52,070 nt of DNA from Rhizaria sp. SCN 62-66 (lineage: Eukaryota): contig MEDY01000211.1 of the NCBI GenBank assembly GCA_001724265.1, positions 1 through 52,070 of the forward strand, given 5' to 3'. The position numbers and the translations under genes were made by a program. A model generated the notes under the pieces. That model searched no databases, was not told the DNA's origin, and was given only the letters and a program-made list of their open reading frames with translations. Shown piece after piece: positions 33,798 through 44,100 of the stretch (position 1 is the first letter of the stretch; every line of letters begins with the position of its first letter).

Positions 33798-36700
33798 ATG
33801 GACAAATTGCGCGAGAACATTGGTACGTCTCCTTAGTGACAGTCCCCCGAACTCGATCCGACCCCGCTGGTCATCTCAACCTTGACTCACCTTCGCCCGT
33901 CTTGTTTCCCATCTACTTTGCTTCGCAGAGCACGAGCTCAAGTGCTCTATCTGTCTTGACCTCCCCAGAGAGTGTCTCACATGTAGCGCGTGCGCCTACC
34001 TTGTCTGCCTCCCCTGCCTCCAGGTATGTCTCAAAATAACGCAGTAATCCAAGTTTTTAACCCGCGCGCCCACATCACCCATATGCACCAACAAATGTGC
34101 CCACAAACAAAGACGAACGCATATGCTATGTCACAGCCATTTATTTATTAAAGTTGCTCATTATTTTTATCACCCCTCCATACTATGATGTCTTATTCTG
34201 CCCTTCCGCGCATCAGAGCACCTATGATAAGAGCAAGGACCCTGAGGTGACGTCTATCTACCACACATGCCCTGCATGCCATCGCAAGGGTGCCAACACC
34301 ATGATCACGGGACAGTTCGGTGCCCTTGCTGCTCATGCGGCCGCGATGGACCTTGATGCGATCCAGAACCGCTACAACGCGAGCCTCCGCGACGTGAACA
34401 AGCGCCTGCTCGAGCACCAGCTCTCGGTGGCCGAGGAGGGCCTCCGTGTGCTCCTCAAGAACGGTTACGACACCATCACCGTGAAACAACTGCAGGGACA
34501 GATTGAGTTTCTCATGAACCAGCGTAATCTTCCTGGGCTCACCGAAGAGCTCGCGCTGCAGCAGCGTGTGACCTTCGTGCAGCAGCAGAACTTCCAAGTC
34601 CAGGCCCTGCGCACCCAGGTCGACATGAAGCGCATCGAGTACATGAACACCATCGCCCGCCTCAAGGCCGAGATCTACGCGTTATCCATGCCCGACATCC
34701 CCGTTAACACAGTCGCCAAGGCGTCCTTCACGGCCCACCTCATCCCTGGCTCTGCTGCTGCCAAGGCCGCCGCCAAGGCTGCCCGTGCCGCCGAGGCCGC
34801 CAAGGCATCTGGCAAGGCTGTGTCATCGTCTTCACTGTCGCCCGCGTCCCCCTCGCCTGTGGCGCCCACTGCGGCACCGGTCATGCCTGTGTCGGCGTCG
34901 AACAACAACAACAGCAACAACAACGCCGCCAAGCCTAAGGCCGACACTAAGAGCAAGGCTGATACCAAGGCTGATGCCGATGCCAAGGCAGATATTGACG
35001 TCAAGACCAATGCGGAGGCCAAGGCCAAGGCTGACGCCGCCAAGGCTGAGGCCGAGGCTTGGCGCGCGCGCGCGGCCGAGCAGGCCAAGGCCGACAAGGC
35101 TGCGGCTGAGGAGAAGGCTAAGGCCGACAAGGCGGCCGCGGACGAGAAGGCCAAGGCGGACCGCATCGCCGCCGAGGAGGCCGCCGTGGCGCGCCGCCAG
35201 CAGCGCGAAGCCGCGAACATCGAGAAGGAGCGCGTGCAGCTGGAGAAGAAAGCCGCCGAGCGCGCCGCTGCCGAGGCCGCGGGTGCGCGCGCCGCGGCTG
35301 CGAAGTCCTCCGCATTCGGCGCCCTCCGAGAGGAGTCCGATTCGGAGCCCGAGCCCGAGGACGCGGCGGGCAAGGAGGCTGCGCCCGTGGTGTTTGGCGA
35401 GTTGGACATCGTGGCCAAGGCCAAGGCCGCGGCGGCCGCGCAGGGCAAGCGCGTGCCCGAGTTGGAGCTGCGCGCGCTGGAGCGCAAGGAAAAGGCCGCG
35501 CGCGCCAAGGCCGCCGAGGAGGAGGAGGCCGCTAAGAAGGCCGCCGAGCTCGCCAAGAAGCGCGAGAAGCAGGAGCGCGCCGAGCTTAAGCGCAAGGAGG
35601 AGGCCGAGGCCGCGGCGGCCAAGGCTGTCAAGGAGGCCGAGGCCGCCGCCGCCAAGGCCCAGGCCGACGCAGAGGTGCGCGAGCGCGCAGAGCACGAGAA
35701 GGCTGAGAACGCGCGTCTGGCGCAGGAGGCCGCGAAGAAGAATGAGGAGGAACGCGCCGCCAAGGCCAAGGCTGATGCGGCCCAGTTCGCCGCCAAGCAG
35801 GCCGAGGCTGCCGCCGCCAAGGCCGCCGCTGCTGCGGCGCCCAAGGGCTCGACTGCGGACGCTGAGGAGGAAGACGCCCCGAGCGACCCAGCGGAGTGGA
35901 CGGCGGCGCAGGCCGAGGCGTGGGCGCGCCACACTGACGCCGTGCAGCTGCGCTCGCTGGTGCAGCTGGCCAACGACAGCGAGCTTATGGCGTCTGCCAG
36001 CAAGGTCAGCCAGCGCGTCGAGCGCCTGCTGGCGACCGCGAGCAAGCTGCGCGACGCCGAGGCCGCGGCCGTTGACGTGGGCGTGCCCGGGTTCTTGACA
36101 CCCGAGGACGTGACACCGCTGGCGACGCTGCCCAAGACGGTCTCGCCGCTGCCCACGGGCGCTGACACTGGCGCCTTGGCCCTCGCAGTGCGCAATCCGC
36201 TACTCTCGGCGACGCAGGCCCTCGTTGCGTCCAACTACGTCACCGCGCTGGCGCCTAAGCTGCGGTACTCGGTGCAGCGCCAGGCCGTGCTGGAGCGCGT
36301 GATGACGCTGTCCGCGAGCAAGGTGACGGACGGCTCTAACTCCGACGTCGTCGCCGTGGCGCGTTCGTACCCCAGCTCGGACCCCATCTTCATGCCGCTG
36401 ATCGACACCGGCCGCGGTGCCGTTGCCAGTGACCGGTACCTGCTCCTCCCCGAGGGGGTCGCGAACGCCACGCGCGACAAGGCGGGGTTGTGCGCCGTGC
36501 CCTACGTGCTGGACCCGTCCCACGAGGTGGCGCTGCTGGCCGTGGCGCCGCTGACGGCCGCGCAGCTCGCCGCTGTGGGCCCGTCTAACTCGGCCAATGT
36601 GGACGGCATGCTCAAGAACCTGAGCAATAGCGACTACCCGGCCGACGCTGCTGCGCAGCGCGATCTGGCTGCCAAGTGGTGGGGCGGGTCACTGGCTGAC

Positions 36701-39700
36701 GTCGCGGCCCGCATCGCCAAGGACGGCAAGGGCCTCGACCAGTCCTTCGTGCGCGGCCTCGCGCGCCAGCTCTCTCTGCCGGCCAAAAAGACCTTCTGCC
36801 CTCTCACGCACGTGCTGCTGTCTGGCGCCGACGAGGCGCGTAAGCTGGCGCTGCTCTCTGCGGCCGGCTTTCTGCGCTCGGTGGCCGACAACGGCGCGCC
36901 GACAGCCCGCACCTTCACCGATCTCGTGGACGCCTCGCGCGGACTCGGCGGCTCGGGGAGCTACTCCAACAACATCTTCTCGCTCGCCGCGCTGGCGGGG
37001 CAGCCCGCGGCGCTGGCGTACCTTGTCGCCACCGCGCCGGACCTCGCGCACAAGCACGTGATGTCGCTGTCCATGGCCATGCTCGCGCTCGTCCAGCTGC
37101 CCTTCCGCGCCGTGCACTCCGCCTCGGTCACCGGCGAGAAGGAGAACAACGTCGGCCGCGCACAGTGGACTGTGGCACCCCTCTTCGCCACCCATCATAA
37201 ACACCCTAAGCCAAACGCGCTGTTCCTCAACGGCACGCCCATGCTGCCGCGCTTCGACGGTCTCCTGGCGACGGTCGCCGACTTCAAGCCTGCCGCGCTG
37301 CCCGCGGACTTCAAGGCGCACAACGGCATTGCGCGCCCGTGGGTCAACGCCACGCTGGGCTACACGCAGCTCGGCGAGCCAGTGCAGGTGGCCGAGACTA
37401 TCCGCGCGCTCCACGCGCGCTCGCGCTTTGCGGCTCCCAAGGCCGGCGTTAAGCTGACGCCGCACCAGAGCGTGGCTGACCGCCGCGCCGCTGTGTACAA
37501 CTACCTCACCGGCGCGGGCTCGCTCGACGACGTTGTGACGGCGCTCGCGCCCGGCGCGCAGTCTGCTGACGATGGTGTAGTGGCGCACAGCCCCGCGGTG
37601 TGCGACAGCGACGAGTGCCTGCACTGCGCGGTCAACCGCCAGGTGCAGGCGCAGGTCGACGATGACGACCTCTCGCTGCCCGTGCAGCTGCTCTCGATGG
37701 GCTTCGTGCATGCCGCGCGTGTGGCGCTCGACATGGACCCTGCGTACGGCGTGCACAACACCGTTGTTAAGTTCGGCAAGCGCGCCAAGTCGATGGTTTT
37801 TCAGGACATCATGCCCGCGACGAGTTTCGAAGTGACCTCGGAGAGTCAGTTGACCTTTGTCCAGTTCTCCGATGACGATGACGATGAGGGCAAGGATCAG
37901 GATTCTGACTTGGAAGACGGTGCCGCGGCCGCTGCCGCTGTTCCTGCGCTGGCAGGCTCTTACAACATCAACATCCGTTCGATGGTTCGCGTCGTCAACA
38001 TGGCGCTCGACGCCGATACGCTGCCTCTCGCAGTCGACTCCAACAAGCCTGAAGTGTGTGTCTTGCGCAAGAACCGCACTCTGATCACCAAGGCGGTGAC
38101 TAAGGACCAACTCAAGACGTTCGTGAAGCCCCAGCTGCCTGTCGCCGGCGTGCCTATCCCTGCCGGTGCCACGTACGAGCTCCCGTCGGTGCCTCTCTTC
38201 TACATCACTGGCAATGAGCAGTTCGACGACGGGACCACCCGCGCGCGCCCCGCGCCGCTGTCGTCGAAGCAGCTTGATGCTGCGCTGACTGCGCTGGCCG
38301 CCACTGCTCGCTGCGAGGCGCCCACGCCCTCGGCTTCTTTCTTCCACACCCCAGCTCACCTTCTTTTCTCGCGCGCGCTTGCGCCGTACCACGTGCAGCT
38401 GTCGATGCGCGTGGCGTGCGCCGTGGACCCGGCGATCTTCCCGCCCAGCGCCGTGGCGCAGCTGCTGCCCGCGTGGGTCGACTCGCTGCCCCTGTCGACG
38501 CCCATCATGACCAGCCCCGAGCTCGGCACGGCCACGCCGCGCGACGGCGCCGGCACGGAGCAGCGCTACTTGTCGGCACTGCCGGTGCAGAAGCCGACTT
38601 GCAATGAGGTCACGGCCGACACGAAGGTTCCCCCATTGAAGGCTTACCCGCAGCGATACCGCGCTCTCTTCATGGAGGGCGCCTCGCTGCCGTCAACCTT
38701 CATGTCGCGCAAGGGGCTCTTTGTGTTCCACACCACGCTCACGCACGTGCTGCGCGTGGCGTTCGCCAACGACGACAAGCTCAGCCTTGAGATTGCGCTT
38801 ACTGCTGGTGCCGCGCTGCTGCCCGCTGTTGTCGGTCCTAACGGCATGCCTCTCGCTGCAAGCATCAATGTCCCTGACATGAAGCGCCTCTACCGTGCCT
38901 TCAGCACGAGTAGCGCTGGGGACGAGATGACCTTGGAGGATGCGCAGGCCGAGGCCGCGCGCATGCTGGTCAGTCTCGGGCTGTTCGAGGACGAGCTGTT
39001 TGCGATGAAGGCTGTGTACCGTGCCGTCAAGGCCGGCAGCGAGCAAATCGAAAACACGATGTCCGACAGGCTGAGCAGTGCCGCTGGAGAGGCACAGAAG
39101 TTTGCGGCGGCGGTGCCCATCGCCATCCCAGGCATGGAGGCGACCGGTGCCGACTACGGACTTACACTGCTGCCCTACGCTGCGCGCTACGCCAAGTCGC
39201 TCGAGGCCTTCCAGGTCTGCCTTGCTTACGCCGCTGGCGTGCCCACGCTGATGCGCGACATGCATGCGCCGATTGTCGCCACCTCGATTGTACAAACGAT
39301 CCAGACGACAGTCAGTGCGTACTTGTCTCTGTTGTCGCCGGCTGCCGAGTCGTCGCTGACACGCGAGTGTGCTGACTCTCAGCGCCCGCAGCTGCCGCTG
39401 GCGCACCTGGCTGTGACGACGATTTTGCCGCACGAGGCCGTGGCGCCCATCGTCGCGTCTGCGTCTGACGAGTCGCAGATGTCTACCTGCTTCAATAATG
39501 CCACCTTGATCGACTCTTTCCATGGTCTGCTGCCGTTCACGTCCTTTGCACAGCGCGTCGACAGCGCCGAGAAGGAGTTGCCGCAGCATTGGCGCGCGGG
39601 CCGCCTGCAGGCGTCACGCCGTCTCTACTCGTCGCTGCTCGAAAATGGCAACGAGATTGACGTGACCGCGTCGTGCTTCTGTGGCCACACTATCATCACA

Positions 39701-40474
39701 TACCTGGCAGCCATGCGCAGGCTCAACAACCGCAACGGCATGGTGTCTGACCGCATTTACACCTATCTGCTCGATAACCTCCTGGTCGACATGGACGTGC
39801 ACGTCACTGCGCCCGTCGTCGTGCCGCAGTCGTGGGACTTAGCTTCGGTGCCCTGGTGGTGGAACCGCCTTGGCAACGCCTCCCTTGCGCTCCCGCTGGA
39901 CGGGTGCAAGATCGACGCACCCGAGGCCGCTGGGCTCAACGCGCCAGGCGTTGGGGCCACTTTGCCCCAGTGGTTCATGCAGTTCACCGACGCCCCTGTG
40001 CGCGACGTCCTGGCGGCGCTGTCGACCTGCCCGGCGTCGTGTGCCGCGGTCATGATGACGACCATGGCATCGAACCCCATCGCGCAGAACGACGCCTTCT
40101 TCGCGGTCTCGGCTGCCGCGCACTTTCCCAACATGCTGTGGGTGGAGCATGTGCGCACGGCCCGCCAGGCGCGTCCCGACAACCTCGTTGCGCTGCCCTC
40201 GGTCGACTTCGTCCCGCTGCCCGACGCCAAGCGGGCCAAGACTGCCATCGAGGCCGCTATCGCCGAGATCAGCGGTGGCGGCTCTAACGAGGAGTCCAAG
40301 TCGAGCGCGTCCGCGAGCTCGTTGGACAAGCCGCCTGTTCAGCCCGCCGCTGCTACGACCTCTGCCGCGACCGCTGGCTCCGCGGGTGCCAAGACTGCGG
40401 CGAAGGGTGGCAAGACCAAGGGCAAGAAGGGCAAGCAGGATGACGACAATGAGGACTACCTTAAGGACTTCTGA
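33798..40474 (+). CDS. RING-finger / coiled-coil protein with possible degenerate ankyrin repeats (putative E3 ligase), 3 exons (33798-33822, 33929-34023, 34217-40474), 2,125 aa
   Basis: Spliced N-terminus MDKLRENIEHELKCSICLDLPRECLTCSACAYLVCLPCLQSTYDKSKDPEVTSIYHTCPACHRK gives four CxxC pairs. It is followed by a coiled coil, an E/K/A-rich helix and ankyrin-like segments (NIFSLAALAGQPAALAYLV; LLENGNEIDV...GHTIITYLA). Confidence 0.82.
33823..33928 (+). other. Spliceosomal intron 1 of RING gene (106 nt)
   Basis: G|GTACGT...CTTCGCAG|AG, phase 1, with pyrimidine tract. Confidence 0.82.
34024..34216 (+). other. Spliceosomal intron 2 of RING gene (193 nt)
   Basis: CAG|GTATGT...CATCAG|AGC, phase 0, AT-rich; splicing completes the RING motif. 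Confidence 0.8.
35087..35185 (+). repeat. Three imperfect 33-nt tandem repeats (KADKAAAEEKA-type)
   Basis: Translation KADKAAAEEKA KADKAAADEKA KADRIAAEEAA. Confidence 0.7.
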
Positions 40475-40708
40475 GTGCACTGTACTGTCAAGATTCGTGC
40501 TTGCGGTGATCGGCTAATGCCAGTCGCAGCACTCCATCATATCACATTAATAACAACAACAGAACATCTAATCGCATCAGTAACAGCAACAGTTTGAAAG
40601 ACGGTCAGCGCGTGGAGAGACCAGCGCATGTGGCCTGTCTGGGTGGAGTAGCGCCAGTAGACACTGAGACCGATGGCGTGCTGTTTAAGGGGTTATGTGT
40701 TGTTGTTT

Positions 40709-40775
40709 TTTCGCGTGCGTTGAGCTTGTTCAGCACACACTTTTTCTGTGCTGAACAAGCTCAACGCACGCGAAA
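40709..40775. repeat. Perfect 29-bp inverted repeat with 9-nt loop
   Basis: TTTCGCGTGCGTTGAGCTTGTTCAGCACA (40709-40737), loop CACTTTTTC, then TGTGCTGAACAAGCTCAACGCACGCGAAA (40747-40775). Confidence 0.97.
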
Positions 40776-41120
40776 GTTTGCTTCATAGTAACCGGTAATC
40801 ATTTTTAATTTCTTTCTCTTTTCATCAGCAGCAACATTTGTTGTAATTATCACTTTCTATCATCGGAGGTTGTCTGCATATCTAACATCACTATCAATAC
40901 AGTACAAAACAAACACAAAAAGGTCAACAAATGTCGCGTCAGCTATATGCAGTAACTTAATGTGAACGCGCTGTATTGCACGACGAAAAGAAGTAGCACG
41001 GGAATAAAACGACATACAACGATCGAAATATTCAAGTTGAGGGAAAGTAGTGTAATAATAAAGTTAAACAGTTAAACATACAAGTTAAATCAGAAGGTCA
41101 CAGCTCAAAAATGAGCACAG

Positions 41121-44100
41121 TTACGCATTCTTGGCGTCACCAGTCTCCGCTGGGGCGGCACTAGCTTTCGCCTCCGCCTCGGCCTTCGCCGCGGCAGCCA
41201 CAGCGGCCGCCGCAGCGGTGTCCCACACCGCGGTGACCTCGTCCTCGCTCAGCCCCACCGCGGTCGCGATAGCGGCCAGCAGTCCCGAGGGCGCGCGGGT
41301 GTCCGCTGCAGCCGTCGCGTGTGTAGCGGCGGCAGCTGCAGAGGCCATGATAGTGGTCTTGCCCATGAGCGCAAACGTCTTGTCGCCGATAAAGGCCTCG
41401 TCATCGTAGTCTCCGGCGCCGGCGCCGGTGTTGGCCGGCACGGAGCCCGCGGCGAGCGGCAGCACGGGGGCCGCGGCGCCCAGCTGCGAGAGCCCGCCGC
41501 CGGGGATCGAGAGCTCCTTCGACTGCGACTGCGAGCCCGAGGCAGTGGCGAAGAGGTCGCCGGTGGGAGGCAGCAGCCACACGCCCGCGGTGATGTCCTC
41601 GCCCACGCCGTCGCCCTTGCTCTTGCCAGCCATGCTTGCTACCGCGGGCGCGCTCGCCGCAGACGCGCCGTCGGCGTACAGCTGCGCGGCGAGCGTGGCC
41701 TTGGCGATGGCGGTCGCGGCCTCGAGGGCCTCCTTGCGCGCGTGCGCCGCGGCCTCGACCTCCGCAGCCGCGGCGCGCGCGGTGGCCGAGCCCGGGCGCA
41801 CGACGCGGGGCGTGCGGCGCGCCGCGACCACGGCCTTGAGCCCGGCCTCGGCGAAGTCGGCCGCGAACGGTGATACGAGCCGCGTCTGCGCAGGCGCCCC
41901 GGGGGCCGCAGCGCCCGTCGCGCCGGACGCGAGCGCAGCGGTCGCGCGGGCGAAGAGCGAGCCTGGCTTGCCGGTCGCGGCGGCGCCGCCGGTGAGAGTG
42001 CCGGACAGCGTGCCGGTCAGCGCGCCCGTGAGCGTGGCGTTAAGCGTGCCGTTAAGCCCGCCGGCGCCGCGGTCCGCGCGCGCGATCGTTGTGTCGAGCG
42101 AGTCCGACAACGATAGCGCGCCCGCGTCCTCCGTAGCCTGTTGCGGCGCGGGCCGCGGCGGCAGCGGCGCGGTGAGGCGCGTGCGCAGGCGGCGCATGAA
42201 GGAGGACTTGAGCAGCTCCAGCGCCGTGGGGCGCCGTGCGGGGTCGATGTGGAGACAGGAGCGGATGAGCGCAATGAGGTGCGGCGACGGCAGCATCGGC
42301 AGCGCCAGCACATCGCTCGCGTCGCCCGCCGCGCCCGCGGCCGCCGCAGCGCCGCGCTCGCCGTCGCCCGCCGCCGCCGCCGCGTGTGCCGCGGCGGCCG
42401 TGGCCGTGGCGTCGGTGACGACGCGGACGCCCGCGAGGGCAGAGCCGCGCGTCGAGTCTGCCGCGGCGAGGAAGGGAAAGCGCGCAAGCACCTGCGGCAG
42501 GTCGAGCAGGTTTTCCACGCCCTCGGTGGTGACGGCGGCCATGACGGAGAAGTGGTCACCCGACGGCAGCGGGAACTCGCCCAGACGGCACGTGAGCGCG
42601 GATAACCCCAGCGACCAGATGTCGGAGGCGAGCGAGTACACGCGGCCCAGCATGCGTTCGGGCGCCATGTAGATGAGCGTGCCCACGAACGTCGTGCAGC
42701 CCTCGGCGTCCGTCAGCGGCTCCGCGGGATACAGCGACAGCGGGTCAACGATGGCCGCGCTGCCGGGTCGACTCGTGCGCGCCGCCGCGGCAGCAGCGGA
42801 GGGCTCGGCCGTGGCGCTCTTATCGCCAGCCTTGTCGGTGGCGGCCTCTGCGCTGTCGTCCTCGTCCTCGTTCTCCTCCTCCTCCTCGGCGTCCTCCACG
42901 ATAGAGAAGAGGTCGAAGTCCTGGAAATCGTCGGGGTACTCGTCACAGTCGACCTCGGCCGCCGCGGCCGCGATGCCGCGAGGCACCTCCCCGTCGTCCT
43001 TGCCCTCATCCTCGCCCTCGGCGCCAGCCGCAGCCGCAGTGGCGGCAGCGGCAGCGTCGGCCGCGCTGTCAGCCGCGAAGCCCGTGCCGGTGCGCGCTTG
43101 CGCCTCGCCGAAGGCCTTTGCGCGCGACACACGCGCGACGCGGCCGACGATGCCGAAGTCCGCGAGCTTGACGGCGCCGTCGGGCAGCGACAGCAACATG
43201 TTGTGCGGCTTCACGTCGCGGTGCACCCAGCGGCGCGCGTGCAGGGCGTGGAGCCCGCGCAGGCCCTGCTCGAGCAGGAAGCCCGTCTGCAGCTCGTCCA
43301 TGGCGCCGTGCGCGTCGATCCAATCCTGCGCGGAGCCGCCAGCCATGAACTCGAGCGCCAGGCAGACCTCGTTGTCGCGCTCGAAGAAAGCGCCCAGAAA
43401 GCGCGTGATGTTGCGCGAGCGGAACGACACAAAGGCCTCGATCTCGGTGTAGATCTGCCGCCGCTTGACCTGCTCATTGATCGAGATAGTCTTGAGCGCA
43501 ACGAGCCGCCGCAGCGGGATATGCCACGCCTTGTAGACGGTGCCGCTGGAGCCGCGGCCGATGAGCGAAAGCGGCACCACGTCCGCCGACGACAGCGGTA
43601 CGGTCACGCGCGCGCTCACACCCGCCGCCGCCTCGCCGTCTGCCGCGGTCGCGTGTGCACTGCCGAGCCCCGCGGCGTCGCCGTCAACGTCGCCGCCGCC
43701 GTTCGCAGCGCCAGCGTGCGCCGGCGCACCGGGCGCGTCGGCCTTTGCGCTGGCGCCAGAGCCGTTGCCGCCGCGTGCGGCGGCCTTGGCCGCGCCATGC
43801 CGGGGCTCCGGGGCAACGCCAGGCGCGACGACGAGCCCGTGGGAGTTGAGCGCGAACTTGGGCGCGATGAACGTGCCCTCGGCGCTGATCGCAAACGACG
43901 ACGCCAACACCGCCGCCGCCGCCGCGCCGCCGCCCTTCTGCGGCCGTGCCTGCTCCTGCGCCTGCTGCTGCTGCTGCTGGGCAAGCTCGAACAGCGACGC
44001 GGGCCGGGGCGCGGGCGACGCGGGGTCGGCGGCGGCGCCGGCATGACCGGCGGGGTGCCTGGGCTTGCCAGGGCTGCCCGTCGCCGCGGCCACGGTCACT

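Noticed and set aside
34097-34216. ORF-track N-terminus MPTNKDERICY... of the 2,125-aa ORF
   Set aside because: GTG start inside AT-rich intron 2; the spliced RING model explains the region better.
34930-35850. TolA-like or bacterial origin of the AKA/EEK-rich region
   Set aside because: Generic charged-helix composition inside an intron-containing eukaryotic gene; no evidence of homology.
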